From positions 5,152,001 through 5,216,000 of the forward strand of contig OZ242296.1 in assembly GCA_965207735.1 (NCBI GenBank): a stretch of DNA of 64,000 nt. Direction: 5' to 3'. Both the position numbers and the translations under genes were made by a program. This document shows, piece by piece, positions 29,993 through 40,457 of the stretch (the first letter of the stretch is position 1; the number at the start of each line of letters is the position of its first letter). Source of the stretch: Candidatus Versatilivorator sp. (GTDB taxonomy: Bacteria > Acidobacteriota > Terriglobia > Versatilivoradales > Versatilivoraceae). The notes under the pieces were generated by a model that saw only the letters and a program-made list of their open reading frames with translations, made no database searches and was not told the DNA's origin.

Positions 29993-31744
29993 TTGGCCAT
30001 GAAGTTTTGTTGTTTTACTCTCGTACGATCGGCCCGGCACGGTGAGGCCGCAGACTGGATAGGGCGCCGGCTGAAAAGGGGACATCGTTTTTGGTCTATG
30101 TGTATGGATCGAGACAATCCAGGGGAAAACAGTTCTCCGGAACGGTTCCGATTCGCCGGCCGGGAGTCATCTTCCCAAGGCAGGCGAGGTGAGGACGTCG
30201 CCGGGCGGGGCCTGTCCTCCAAAGGGGCAGTCCGGCTGAGCCGGGGCGGGCACGATCTGTTTCCCGGTCCTTCGGCACGGCTGGCGGTGGGCCTCGTGCT
30301 TTGTCTGCTGCTTGCGGTTGGATTCACCAGCCTCGACCCGACCGATGCCGCGCCCGATGAGTTGCTGATTTTCCATCAGCAACGAAGGATTCGCCTGCCA
30401 CTGGTCTCCGTCGACGGTCAGAGCTACGTCCCCATCCTGGATGTCCTTCACCTTCTCGACCTGGCTTATTCCGAGAGCGGCTCGGCGGGGTACCTGCGGA
30501 TATTTGCCGGCAGGGAGGTGGTGGAGTTGAATCGCAACCGGGTTCGGGTGCGATTGAATCGGAGCTCGATCGGCCTTGCGGCGCCGGTCCTGTTCCATGG
30601 GGGGCGCTGGCTGACACCGCGTGGATTTGTTCCCGACGTGCTGAACCGGGTGCTCAAACCCGCCATCAGGGTATCTCCCTCCGGGAACCGGTGGTTGACC
30701 GGAGGCCGGGATTTCGTCCGAATCAATCTCACCGCCCGCACCACCGATGAGGCCAGCCGTTTGGTTGTCTCCATGGCGAACGCCGGCGAGGTGCAGGTTC
30801 GTGGCGAGGCACGCCGCATTCTGTTTCTGCTGGGCGCTCTTCCGGTCGATCCTCCCGGAGCCGAGGTCACCTCCTATCGGGATGAGCGGATCGGGGGTGT
30901 TTCGTTTGAGGAAACCGCCGAATCGAGCCGTTTGGTGGTCTCGCTGACTGGCGAGTTCGTCCAGGCCCGCCTGACCCGGCTGCCGGGCCAAAATGCCTAC
31001 CTGGTAGACGCCCACCGGCTCACCGAGGAAGCCCCGTCGGCCCCTCAGGAACCGAAGCGGTCATTGCGCTGGACAAGCCGGCCCCGGGCATCCGGTTGGA
31101 GGCGAATCACCATCGATCCCGGGCACGGGGGCGCCGACAGGGGGGTGGAGGTCGGGGAGGGTGTCTACGAGAAGGACGTCACCCTATCCATCGCTCGCAA
31201 GGTGCGTTGGGTGCTGGAAAGCAAGCTGGGGGTGGAGACGATATTGTCTCGCGGCCAGGACCGGACGCTGTCGTTGGAAGATCGCGCCCGGGAGGCCAAT
31301 CGCAGCCGCTCCGATCTCTTTCTCAGCATACACCTGGGAAATGGCGCCTCGCCGATCCCTTCCCGGAGCTACGTCTATCTGGCGAAATTGCCCCCCGGGG
31401 AGGCTCTTGCGCAGGACCGGGTCGAGGAAGCCGCGTTCGAACTGGTGCTCTGGGATCGCGCCCAGGCGGGTGTGCTTCATCGAAGTTTCCGCCTGGCTGA
31501 AATCTTGCAAGCGGTGACCAACGAGCGCTTCAATGGTGGCGAACCGCTGACTTTTCGGCATGCCCCGCTGAGGCTCCTGTCCCCACTGGCGATGCCGGCC
31601 GTGCTGCTGGAGCTTGGAAGCGTGAAGCAGGACAATTTCAGGGAGAGGGTGCTCACCGAGCCCTTTCAGAACGGCGTGGCCATAGCCGTGCTGTCGGCCC
31701 TGCAACAGTTTCGCCCCCTCGATGAAGCGGCCATGGCTCGCTAG
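29993..31744 (+). CDS. N-acetylmuramoyl-L-alanine amidase (Amidase_3)
   Basis: ITIDPGHGG, EKDVTLSIA, FLSIH, MPAVLLELG zinc-binding motifs. True start is probably downstream of 29993. Confidence 0.82.
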   Translation: MAMKFCCFTLVRSARHGEAADWIGRRLKRGHRFWSMCMDRDNPGENSSPERFRFAGRESSSQGRRGEDVAGRGLSSKGAVRLSRGGHDLFPGPSARLAVGLVLCLLLAVGFTSLDPTDAAPDELLIFHQQRRIRLPLVSVDGQSYVPILDVLHLLDLAYSESGSAGYLRIFAGREVVELNRNRVRVRLNRSSIGLAAPVLFHGGRWLTPRGFVPDVLNRVLKPAIRVSPSGNRWLTGGRDFVRINLTARTTDEASRLVVSMANAGEVQVRGEARRILFLLGALPVDPPGAEVTSYRDERIGGVSFEETAESSRLVVSLTGEFVQARLTRLPGQNAYLVDAHRLTEEAPSAPQEPKRSLRWTSRPRASGWRRITIDPGHGGADRGVEVGEGVYEKDVTLSIARKVRWVLESKLGVETILSRGQDRTLSLEDRAREANRSRSDLFLSIHLGNGASPIPSRSYVYLAKLPPGEALAQDRVEEAAFELVLWDRAQAGVLHRSFRLAEILQAVTNERFNGGEPLTFRHAPLRLLSPLAMPAVLLELGSVKQDNFRERVLTEPFQNGVAIAVLSALQQFRPLDEAAMAR

Positions 31745-31761
31745 GAGACAGAAGGCTGGCT

Positions 31762-32394
31762 ATGCCTCGCCATATCAGGTTGGGTATGATGGTTCTGGCG
31801 CTGTTGCTGGTCGGAGGCGCCGTTTACTTCATGAGTCTGCAGCGTCAGGTTCAGCGACTGGCCGACCTGCCTCCGGAAGCGCGAGCGCCCGCCTTGATGG
31901 AAGAACCGGCGTTTGAAGCCACCGCGCCCCGGAAGAAAGTCGTCCTCTTTTTTGCCTCGGCCGAGGTGGACGGCCAACTGGAGGCGGAGGAACGCGAAAT
32001 CTACGCTTCCGAGGAGGTCACCCTGGAAGCGAAGCAGATCCTGGTGGCTCTGATCAAGGGTTCACTCTCCGGTCACATGCCGGCACTGCCTCCGGAAACC
32101 CGTCTGCGGGAGGTCTATCGGGCTGAAGCGGGCTTGCTGGTGGTCGATGTCACCGGTGAAGCGAGTGTCCGGCATCCGGGAGGGATTACGGGTGAAGTCT
32201 CCTCCGTTTACTCGGTGGTGAATTCGCTGACCTATAATTTGCCGGAAGCGAGTGAGGTTCAGATCCTGATCGATGGAGCCGAGGCCGATACCCTGGCAGG
32301 GCACATAGACCTGCGGAGACCGCTGCTTCAGGACCTGAGCATGACGGCACTGCAAAACGAGGACGAGGTGACGGGGATCAGTGGACAGGAGTAA
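31762..32394 (+). CDS. GerMN domain protein
   Basis: N-terminal TM; [31 protein letters not shown]...TLAGHIDL. Confidence 0.85.
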   Translation: MPRHIRLGMMVLALLLVGGAVYFMSLQRQVQRLADLPPEARAPALMEEPAFEATAPRKKVVLFFASAEVDGQLEAEEREIYASEEVTLEAKQILVALIKGSLSGHMPALPPETRLREVYRAEAGLLVVDVTGEASVRHPGGITGEVSSVYSVVNSLTYNLPEASEVQILIDGAEADTLAGHIDLRRPLLQDLSMTALQNEDEVTGISGQE

Positions 32395-32407
32395 TGAAAG
32401 GAATGCT

Positions 32408-33124
32408 ATGCGTACCGATGGGCGAGCGAGCAGGGAACTTCGACCGGTAACCATCCAGCCCCACTTCATTGCCGGCGCCGAGGGCTCGGTTTTGATAGCG
32501 GTCGGGAAGACCCGGGTCATCTGCACGGCCAGCATCGAAGATTCCGTGCCGCCCTTCCTGCGGGGAAAGAACCGGGGGTGGGTCACCAGCGAATACGCCA
32601 TGCTTCCCCGGGCCACCGAGACCCGGACCCCTCGGGAATCCAGTCGTGGCAGGGTTTCGGGTCGGACTCACGAGATTCAGCGCTTGATCGGCCGCTCGCT
32701 TCGAAGCGTCACGCGCCTGCGGGATCTGGGAGAACGGACCGTCTGGGTGGATTGCGACGTGATCCAGGCGGACGGCGGGACCCGCACGGCTTCCATCACC
32801 GGCGCCTTCGTGGCCTTGGCGCTGGCTCTGCGAGGACTGGTGGACCGGGGGATCCTGCCGGGTGTGCCGATCAAGGACTACGTGGCAGCCACCAGCGTGG
32901 GTGTCGTGGACAGAACGCCGCTGCTGGACCTGAACTACGAGGAAGACTCACAGGCCCAGGTCGACATGAACGTGGTTCAGACGGGCGCCGGCTCGCTGGT
33001 AGAGGTGCAGGGGACGGCTGAAGGAGATCCCTTTTCACGCCAAACCCTGAGCGCCCTCATGGATCTGGCTGCCGAAGGCATTGCCCGCCTGATCGAGATC
33101 CAGAAGAACCTGATCCGGGTCTAA
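32408..33124 (+). CDS. rph: Ribonuclease PH
   Basis: MRTDGR...[52 protein letters not shown]. Confidence 0.97.
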   Translation: MRTDGRASRELRPVTIQPHFIAGAEGSVLIAVGKTRVICTASIEDSVPPFLRGKNRGWVTSEYAMLPRATETRTPRESSRGRVSGRTHEIQRLIGRSLRSVTRLRDLGERTVWVDCDVIQADGGTRTASITGAFVALALALRGLVDRGILPGVPIKDYVAATSVGVVDRTPLLDLNYEEDSQAQVDMNVVQTGAGSLVEVQGTAEGDPFSRQTLSALMDLAAEGIARLIEIQKNLIRV

Positions 33125-33369
33125 GCCCGCATTTCTCACCAGGCCGCTGGTGCCATGACGAGAAGTAGTTTATCTTCAGTACTTTGATTGGCTCTCTGGT
33201 AAGGGCTTGCGGGTAACAGACGGCGCTGGGCATGCCCTGGCTTGTCTTTTTCCCTTCAGCGCGCACATGCTCCCTCGCGCGTAGTGACCGCTACGCTCTT
33301 CGATCGCGAGCACGCCCTGAAGGGAAAAATCCTGCGCCATGATCATGCCCCCTGGTGAGAAATGCGGGC
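33125..33369. mobile_element. 245-bp MITE (intron-free copy)
   Basis: Perfect 19-bp TIRs GCCCGCATTTCTCACCAGG...CCTGGTGAGAAATGCGGGC; no transposase; second copy at 61339-62452. Confidence 0.9.
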
Positions 33370-33419
33370 TAGCCGGGCAGCGCACCAATTTCGGACCGCA
33401 TGGCTGGAGCGTCCAGAGC

Positions 33420-34058
33420 GTGTCCCTCAAGCCCAAACCAACCTTTCGCTCATTGAAGTCTTCCCTGGGCCCCCGCCTACTGGTGGCCACCTTCAACCCG
33501 GGAAAGCTCACGGAAATGAAGGCCTCACTGGTGATGGCGCCGGTGGAGTTGGTGTCTCTCGAGGCGATCCCCGGTGTGGCCCCGGCCCCGGAAGAGGGGA
33601 CCACGTTCGAGGCCAACGCCCGCCAGAAGGCTGTCCACTACAGCCAACTCACTTCGTTCCCCACCATTGCCGACGACTCGGGCCTGCTGGTGGATGCGCT
33701 GGGCGGTCGGCCGGGGGTCTATTCCGCCCGTTACCTCGGCGAGCAGGCCAGCGATGAGGAACGCTGCCGGAAAATCCTGGAGGAATTGGCCCAGCTGGAG
33801 GATGCCCGGCGGACGGCCAGATTCGAGTGCTGGATCGCGCTGGCTCGCGAGGGAGTAGTGTTGGAGGTCTTCCGAGGGACCCTGGAGGGCGTGATCGGAC
33901 GAGATCTGCGAGGGGACAACGGATTTGGCTACGACCCCATCTTCCAGGTTCCCGAGCGGGGCTGCTCGCTGGCCGAATTGAGTCCCGAGGAAAAGCTGCG
34001 CATCAGCCACAGGGGCCGGGCCCTGCGAAAGTTTCAGCAGGCGCTGTTCGGGGTCTGA
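33420..34058 (+). CDS. rdgB: Non-canonical purine NTP pyrophosphatase (RdgB/HAM1)
   Basis: [59 protein letters not shown]; follows rph. Start approximate. Confidence 0.93.
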   Translation: MSLKPKPTFRSLKSSLGPRLLVATFNPGKLTEMKASLVMAPVELVSLEAIPGVAPAPEEGTTFEANARQKAVHYSQLTSFPTIADDSGLLVDALGGRPGVYSARYLGEQASDEERCRKILEELAQLEDARRTARFECWIALAREGVVLEVFRGTLEGVIGRDLRGDNGFGYDPIFQVPERGCSLAELSPEEKLRISHRGRALRKFQQALFGV

Positions 34059-34077
34059 CCTGCACAATCGCCGTGTC

Positions 34078-34106
34078 TTGACAGTGGCGCGCCCATCCGC
34101 TAGCTT
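34078..34106 (+). promoter_or_regulatory. Sigma70 promoter of tRNA-Pro
   Basis: TTGACA-N17-TAGCTT. Confidence 0.75.
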
Positions 34107-34126
34107 GAGAGGCTCGGCAAACCGGA

Positions 34127-34203
<77 letters not shown>

Positions 34204-34226
34204 GTTCTTCCGGCGAGCCTGTCAGG

Positions 34227-35870
34227 TCAGTAGAGGGCGATGGTCCGGGAGGGCTTGGGCTGCATGGCCATGATGGTATCGCCTCTCCATTCCACCTCGA
34301 AGGGATCGGGGAATCCGGGCGCCCGCTCTCGGGTGCGGCGCCCGGGCTGATCGAAGGTGACCGTGACCTTGGCCCCCTTGGCCAAGGGACCCAGGTCCAG
34401 GGTGTTTCCGCCAGGGCGGGTGTCGGTGGGACTACCGGCTCGGACGACCTGGACCGTTTCCGGCGGAATCCAATCCGGAAGTCGAACCTTCACCCGCTCC
34501 TCCTGCAGTGCCTCCAGGTGAAGGCGGCCGGACCGAGGCACCTCCGAACGCACCCGGAGCCAGGGTGTGTCGGTGCTGAACAGCAGGTTTACCCACACTC
34601 CCGATTCCTCCTTCACCACGCTGGCCTGGTAAGCTTCGGCCAGTGACTGCAGCGCGCCCCCCATCAGATCGGTGTTGTAGGAGTGGTAGGCATTGGGCAG
34701 CGTAAAGGCGAAGGCACCCCTGGCCCGGTCCCGAATTCGTGCGTAGGCGTAGTCTTTGGTGTCGGCCAGGGCGGATTGCGGGATCCAGTCGGTGGTCACC
34801 ACCTGGGCAGCCAGCAAGCCGTTGCGAATCATCCGCTCGGCCTCCTGGAAATATTCCGGGCACCCGCTCCGGCCGAGGAGCAGGGCGGCTTCCACGAAAT
34901 CGCCCGTATTATTGGCCTCCCCGCGGCCCGACTGATCGGTGCGGCTCTCCTTGGCCCAACCCCAGGAAGTCCGCCAACGCCGCAGCCCGACGTCGTAAAG
35001 CAGGCGTCCCATCTTCAGGTACCGCTGCTCGCCGGTGAGCAGTCCCAGATCGATCAGGGAGGTCATGGTTCCCTCCGAAGAGTGCATGTGCTCGCCGGCG
35101 TCCGGCGTCAGCTCACCTTCCGAGGTAAAGCAGGCCTCGATGTTGGCCTTGGCGAAACGGACGGCCAGGTCAACCGCCAGGGGATCGCGGGTGGCTCGAA
35201 AATACTTCACCAGGGCCCCGATCAACCGTCCCGAGGTCTGATTGAGTTTACGGGTCGGCGAGGGGATCCAACCCTCCTGCGAGTACTTGTCCGAAGGAAA
35301 GGAGCCGGTGGCGCGCGTCACGCCCTCCAGCCTTCGCACGAAATTCCGGGCCAGCCGGATGGAGGGTTCGGAACCCTGCCACTTCCGGAGTCCCAGCAAG
35401 CCCAGCAAGACTTCTCTGGAGTGGTGCAGCGCGGCCGTTCGCTTGCCATCCGGGCCGGGGAGGGTGTCAAAGGCCAACCCGGAGGGATTGGCGATCGACT
35501 CGTGCAGCAGCCGCTGCAATCCCTCCACGGCCTCGCGGTCGGCCGGTAGATTCAGGATCGGAGAGCAGACAGCCAGCGCATCCAGGAAGCGTCCCACCAT
35601 GTGGGGCGATCCCCAGTACTCGTGTCGGGCCCAGGTGGGGTCCTCGGTGAGGTTGAAGCGGACGTAGGGAAGACATCCGCGACTTCGGTTGATGGCGCTC
35701 CCGTAGATGTGCCGCACCCCCAGCAGCATGTAGGAGCGCAGGTCGGCGTCCTGCAGGCGCCAGGGGTTGAGCCTGGCTCGACTCTCACCGCCGCTTACCG
35801 GCGGTGTCCCGGCCAGCCGGGCGGCCATCAGGGTCAAGCCGGTCTGGGTGAGCCATTCTCGACGTTCCAT
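34227..35870 (-). CDS. Tat-type secreted (alpha/alpha)6 hydrolase, GH127-like
   Basis: MERREWL signal; HMVGRFLDAL, HMHS, EANNTGD, AERMIRNGLLAAQ, VWVNLLF, VKVRLPDW. Confidence 0.6.
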   Translation of the reverse strand: MERREWLTQTGLTLMAARLAGTPPVSGGESRARLNPWRLQDADLRSYMLLGVRHIYGSAINRSRGCLPYVRFNLTEDPTWARHEYWGSPHMVGRFLDALAVCSPILNLPADREAVEGLQRLLHESIANPSGLAFDTLPGPDGKRTAALHHSREVLLGLLGLRKWQGSEPSIRLARNFVRRLEGVTRATGSFPSDKYSQEGWIPSPTRKLNQTSGRLIGALVKYFRATRDPLAVDLAVRFAKANIEACFTSEGELTPDAGEHMHSSEGTMTSLIDLGLLTGEQRYLKMGRLLYDVGLRRWRTSWGWAKESRTDQSGRGEANNTGDFVEAALLLGRSGCPEYFQEAERMIRNGLLAAQVVTTDWIPQSALADTKDYAYARIRDRARGAFAFTLPNAYHSYNTDLMGGALQSLAEAYQASVVKEESGVWVNLLFSTDTPWLRVRSEVPRSGRLHLEALQEERVKVRLPDWIPPETVQVVRAGSPTDTRPGGNTLDLGPLAKGAKVTVTFDQPGRRTRERAPGFPDPFEVEWRGDTIMAMQPKPSRTIALY

Positions 35871-36277
35871 CGAATCATTCCCGGTTGCCTGCCCGAGCGA
35901 TCTCTCGCCCCGGCACAGGGGCAGCCCCGGGGGAGTCCCGCGGACTTCAGGTCCTGGCTGGAAAGTCTCGTTGTGAGGAGAGAGCCGGGTGGCCTGCCGG
36001 CTAATTATTGTGGCAAATGCCGAGTTTTTCAAGCGGGGCATCCAGCCGCTTGTCGGTGCGCTTCTCCGGGAGGTCGCCGGTGTTGTCGGACCAGCCCCAT
36101 GTTGATAGAATGCCGGACGAGTTTCCGGCGACGGAGGATGGCTACTCCAGTCCGCTCAGAGCGGCCGGTCGGCGAGGAGTAGAACCGGAGGGATCAGCCG
36201 CCTCAGCATGCTCCGAAAATCGGGGGCTTACTTTAACGGTGGTACCTTTTCCCAGGGTCGAATCGGGAGGGTCGGGT

Positions 36278-37354
36278 ATGAACAGAAGAGAATTTCTGGT
36301 CGGCGCGGCTGGCAGTTTGTCCGCTTCTGTGCTTCTGCAGGGCGGGACAGCGGTGGCGGCTCGCCGACTTGCCGATCGAGGCGATCATCGCTTCAAGCTG
36401 GGAATCTGGCTAAGCGAACTGAAGTTGCCCTTTGCACAAGAGCTGGACGCTGCCAGGGAACTGGGTGCGGAATACGTGTGGTTTGAAGGCGCCAGGCCGG
36501 GTGGAGTGCCGGACATACCCGGGGGCGAGCCCTGCATCGCCACCATGAGTGACGCCGAGGCCGATGCCATGGGCGAAAGTGTTGCCCGCCGCGGTCTCAA
36601 GCTCTACCAGATTTGCTCCTACCGGCCCTTCCACAACACCCGACTGGTGGGCCTGACCCCGGACAAACTGCTCGAAGATGCTGATTTTCGCAGTGAGTTC
36701 GATGGGCTGGTCCGATCCATGCAGATTGCCGCCCGGCTGGAGGTGGGGGCCGTGCATTGCTACGGTTTCTGCTGGCCGGGGGAATGGTCTGCAGGTCAGG
36801 GGAGCTGGACGAAGGCGCCGACCTGGCCCATGAAGTGGCTGACCCGCGGCGGGGTCATCGCCGAGGTCGACCTGCGCAAGCTGGTAGCCGCCTTCACCCT
36901 GATTCTGGAGCAGGCCGACAAGTATGGCGTGGATGTCGTGTTGGGGATGCGGCCTTTCCACTATGTGAGTTCGACCGGCAACTTCCGGCGTCTTGCGGAG
37001 AGCCTCGGTTCCGACCGGTTGAAGGTCCAGTGGTCTCCGGCGGACAATGTGCTGATCGGTGAGTGGGATGCCGCCACGGCCGGTTTTAACAATCTGCGGC
37101 CCTATCTGCACGGGCTGCATTTGAAGGACGTTCACGTTTTTGACGGGGTCGGGGGAGAATTCGAGTGGCGACCTCTTGGGGAGGGATCGGTGGGCTATGC
37201 GGCTGTGCTCAGGAATCTGCGCCACCACCGGAGTCAGGCTGTCTTGATGGTCGCCAGCCATTTCCGTCCTCCCGGAGGGACCAACCTGGATGCGATGAGG
37301 ATCAATTTCGGCAAGATTCAATCTCTCATCCGTCAGATCGAAGAGAGGAGTTGA
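36278..37354 (+). CDS. Sugar phosphate isomerase/epimerase (xylose-isomerase-like TIM barrel), Tat signal
   Basis: GGGAGG RBS; NRREFL; LHLKDV; PLGEGSVGY. Confidence 0.75.
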   Translation: MNRREFLVGAAGSLSASVLLQGGTAVAARRLADRGDHRFKLGIWLSELKLPFAQELDAARELGAEYVWFEGARPGGVPDIPGGEPCIATMSDAEADAMGESVARRGLKLYQICSYRPFHNTRLVGLTPDKLLEDADFRSEFDGLVRSMQIAARLEVGAVHCYGFCWPGEWSAGQGSWTKAPTWPMKWLTRGGVIAEVDLRKLVAAFTLILEQADKYGVDVVLGMRPFHYVSSTGNFRRLAESLGSDRLKVQWSPADNVLIGEWDAATAGFNNLRPYLHGLHLKDVHVFDGVGGEFEWRPLGEGSVGYAAVLRNLRHHRSQAVLMVASHFRPPGGTNLDAMRINFGKIQSLIRQIEERS

Positions 37355-37360
37355 CCGTTC

Positions 37361-37714
37361 ATGTCCGACTGGAATTCCCAAAGTTGCCAATCCGTCGGTG
37401 AGGTGTCGGCGATGCCGTCCGCGGCAGTCGACTCGGCTCTGGCTCAACTGCCGGGTTGGAAAATCAGCTCGGATGGCAAACGCATCGTGCGCTGCTGGAA
37501 GGTGAAGCATTTCGTGGCCGGCATCGAGTTCTTCGGACGTGTGGCCGAACTGGCCGAAGCCGAGGACCACCATCCGGATTTGCATCTTGAGGGCTACCGG
37601 CAAGTGAGGATCGAGTCCTGGACCCATTCGGTGGACGGCATTTCGGTCAAGGACCTGATTCTGGCCGCCAAGATCCACGACCTTCCGGTGGAGTTGTTCG
37701 AAGCCGAGCCTTGA
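37361..37714 (+). CDS. phhB: Pterin-4-alpha-carbinolamine dehydratase
   Basis: LPGW, AEAEDHHPDL, WTHSVDGISVKDLILAAKI. Confidence 0.92.
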   Translation: MSDWNSQSCQSVGEVSAMPSAAVDSALAQLPGWKISSDGKRIVRCWKVKHFVAGIEFFGRVAELAEAEDHHPDLHLEGYRQVRIESWTHSVDGISVKDLILAAKIHDLPVELFEAEP

Positions 37715-37798
37715 GCCGCATGGGTCTCCCGGGGCTTCACCCCAAGAGGCGGGAGCAATGGTGGTTTGCCGCCCCCCGGGTCCGGTCTGTTTTCTGCC

Positions 37799-38575
37799 AT
37801 GAAAGTCGCTACCTGGAACATCAACGGGCTGCGTGCCCGATTCGAGTTTGTCCTGCACTGGCTGGAGGCGCGCCAGCCCGACCTGGTGGGCCTGCAGGAG
37901 CTGAAGATGGCCGAGGAGCATTTCCCCTTCGAGGCATTGAAGGCTCGGGGGTACCATGCCCTGGTCCATGGTCAGAAGGCCTGGAACGGGGTAGCCATCT
38001 TGAGCCGCCACCCTCCCCGGCTCCTGGCGAGGGGGTTGCCGGGCGAGGAGGCAATGGGTGCGCGCCTGATCTCGGCCGAAGTGGGTGGGCTGAGTTTCAC
38101 CACCCTCTATTGTCCCAACGGCAAGAGCGTGGGTCATGCCGATTTCCCTCGCAAGCTCAAATGGCTGGATTCTCTGGCCCAACATCTGGAGGAGCAAGGG
38201 GATCGGTCGGAGCCCGCCGTTCTGTGCGGGGATTTCAATATCTGTCCCACTGACCTGGATACCTGGAACGAAGAGGATTTCAGCGGAGAAATTTTTCATA
38301 CCTGGGAAGAAAGGTCCCGGTTTCAGCGGCTGCTGGAGTGGGGCTGGCTGGACACCTACCGTGAGTTGTTCCCCCGGGAGCAAGCCTTCTCCTGGTGGGA
38401 TTATCGGGCCGGGGCTTTCTACAAGAATCATGGACTGCGAATCGACTTCCTGCTGGTAACTCCCGTATTGAGGGAGGGGCTCCGCTCGGCAGGAATAGAC
38501 CGGGAATATCGCAAGAAAAAGGAGGGGCTGACCGCCTCGGACCATGCTCCGGTCCTGGTTGAGCTCGGCGCCTGA
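37799..38575 (+). CDS. xth: Exodeoxyribonuclease III
   Basis: MKVATWNING, LQELK, YCPNG, GDFN, FSWWDYR, GLRIDF, SDHAPV. Confidence 0.95.
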   Translation: MKVATWNINGLRARFEFVLHWLEARQPDLVGLQELKMAEEHFPFEALKARGYHALVHGQKAWNGVAILSRHPPRLLARGLPGEEAMGARLISAEVGGLSFTTLYCPNGKSVGHADFPRKLKWLDSLAQHLEEQGDRSEPAVLCGDFNICPTDLDTWNEEDFSGEIFHTWEERSRFQRLLEWGWLDTYRELFPREQAFSWWDYRAGAFYKNHGLRIDFLLVTPVLREGLRSAGIDREYRKKKEGLTASDHAPVLVELGA

Positions 38576-38594
38576 GAAAGAAACGATCACGCCT

Positions 38595-40457
38595 ATGGAC
38601 AACCACCAACTTCACAACCGCTTGAAGGAAATAGCCACCCGCCTGCGAATCCATTCCCTGCGGGCCACGGCGGAAGCCGGCTCGGGGCACCCCACTTCCT
38701 GTCTGTCGGCTGCCGACCTGGCAGCGGTCCTCTTCTTTCACGTCATGCGGATCGACTTCGAGAATCCGCTCAGCCTGGACAGCGACCGTTTCATTCTCTC
38801 CAAGGGGCACGCGGCGCCTCTTCTTTACGCCGCCTGGGCGGAATCGGGCTTGATCGATGCCGAGCGGATGTTGACTCTGCGCCGCTTCGGGAGTGACTTG
38901 GAAGGCCACCCCACACCCCGGTCGAAGTGGGTCGACGTGGCCACCGGCTCCCTGGGGCAGGGTCTTTCGGCCGGGGTAGGGATGGCCTTGAGCGCCAAGT
39001 ACCTGGATCGAACCGGGAGCCGGACCTTCGTGCTGATGGGAGATGGCGAAAGCGCCGAAGGGTCGGTCTGGGAAGCCGCGGCCATGGCCAGCCACTACCG
39101 GCTGGAAAACCTGGTGACGGTCGTCGATATCAACCGGCTGGGGCAAAGCCAGGAGACCATGCACGGTTGGGACGTGGAGGCCCATGCACGGAAGTTCGCC
39201 GGGTTCGGATGGCATGCCATCTCCATCGACGGACACGACTACGGCCAGATCATTGCGGCCTTGGAGGAAGCGGAAGGCGTGGAAGACCGGCCCACCGCCC
39301 TGCTGGCCCGGACCGAAAAGGGGCACGGAGTATCGCTGCTGGCAAACCGGGATGGATGGCACGGCAAGGCCCTGAAGAAGGGAGATCAGCTCGATGGGGT
39401 CCTGCAGGAGCTTCCGGTCGATTCAGAGTCCAAGTCTTTTCGCGAGTCGGTGGAGGTCAGGGTCTCCAGGCTTCCCCAAGCCCGCATGAGGGAACCCGAA
39501 TACGAGAAGGATGATCTTGTAGCCACTCGGGAAGCTTACGGGAGCGCGCTGGTCAAGCTTGGAGAATGCGACGGCAGCGTGGTGGCTCTGGACGGCGATA
39601 CCAAGAACTCGACCTTCTCGGAGAAGTTCATGAAGGCCTTCCCCGATCGCTTTTTCGAGTGTTTTATTGCCGAGCAGAACATGGTCGGCGCAGCCATCGG
39701 CCTTTCCAAGAAGAACAAGATCCCCTTTGCTTCCACTTTTTCCGCGTTTTTCGGACGCGGTATGGATCACTTGCGAATGGGGGTTATTTCCCAGGCCAAC
39801 ATCAAGTGCGTGGGGTCTCACTGCGGTGTCTCCATCGGTGAGGACGGGCCGTCTCAGATGGGTCTGGAGGACTTGGCCATGTTTCGCTCGCTGCCGGGTT
39901 CGGTGGTCTTCTATCCATGCGACGCGGTTTCGGCCGAGCGGGTGGTGGCCCTGGCCGCCGAGCACCGCGGCCTGGTCTATATCCGCACCAGCCGGCCCAA
40001 GACGGCTGTCATCTACGACAACCGGGAAGTCTTTCGCCTGGGCGGAAGCAAGCTGTTGCGTTCCTCTGAAGGGGATCGGTTGCTGCTGGTGGCTGCCGGG
40101 GTGACATTGCACGAAGCGCTGAAAGCCCACGAGCTGCTCCTGTCCGAGGGGATTCCGGTTGGGGTGATGGATGCCTATTGTGTCAAGCCGCTGGACGAGG
40201 CAGGCCTGGTCGAGGCGGCCGCCACCCGGGAAAGCACCGTCGTTGTGGTGGAAGAGCACTACAGCGAAGGCGGGTTGGGGGATGCCGTGCTGAACGCGGT
40301 GGCCAACCACAACATCGGCGTGCACAAGATGGCTGTTCGGGAGGTCCCCCGTTCCGGCAAGCCGGATGAGTTGCTGGAATACTACGGTCTCAGCGCCAAT
40401 CGTATTGCGGCCAAGGTGAGAGAACTTCTGCAGGCGGGCTTGCGTGGAACCAAGTGA
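38595..40457 (+). CDS. tkt: Transketolase (short, mammalian-like type)
   Basis: SGHPTSCLS, LSKGHAAP, EGHPTP, GSLGQG, GDGESAEGSVWEA, IAEQNM, GEDGPSQM. Confidence 0.95.
   Translation: MDNHQLHNRLKEIATRLRIHSLRATAEAGSGHPTSCLSAADLAAVLFFHVMRIDFENPLSLDSDRFILSKGHAAPLLYAAWAESGLIDAERMLTLRRFGSDLEGHPTPRSKWVDVATGSLGQGLSAGVGMALSAKYLDRTGSRTFVLMGDGESAEGSVWEAAAMASHYRLENLVTVVDINRLGQSQETMHGWDVEAHARKFAGFGWHAISIDGHDYGQIIAALEEAEGVEDRPTALLARTEKGHGVSLLANRDGWHGKALKKGDQLDGVLQELPVDSESKSFRESVEVRVSRLPQARMREPEYEKDDLVATREAYGSALVKLGECDGSVVALDGDTKNSTFSEKFMKAFPDRFFECFIAEQNMVGAAIGLSKKNKIPFASTFSAFFGRGMDHLRMGVISQANIKCVGSHCGVSIGEDGPSQMGLEDLAMFRSLPGSVVFYPCDAVSAERVVALAAEHRGLVYIRTSRPKTAVIYDNREVFRLGGSKLLRSSEGDRLLLVAAGVTLHEALKAHELLLSEGIPVGVMDAYCVKPLDEAGLVEAAATRESTVVVVEEHYSEGGLGDAVLNAVANHNIGVHKMAVREVPRSGKPDELLEYYGLSANRIAAKVRELLQAGLRGTK

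Noticed and set aside
33339-33419. Extended N-terminus of rdgB from ATG 33339
   Set aside because: That ATG lies inside the MITE; homology begins near RLLVAT.
33176-33616. ORFs sharing MAQDFSLQ...GSMCALKGK (also 62277-62546)
   Set aside because: The similarity only reflects the two MITE copies; no transposase features.
36030-36230. Hairpins (CTACTCC/GGAGTAG, CCGCT/AGCGG) as a riboswitch or 6S RNA
   Set aside because: No diagnostic conserved motif recognised; could be chance in GC-rich DNA.
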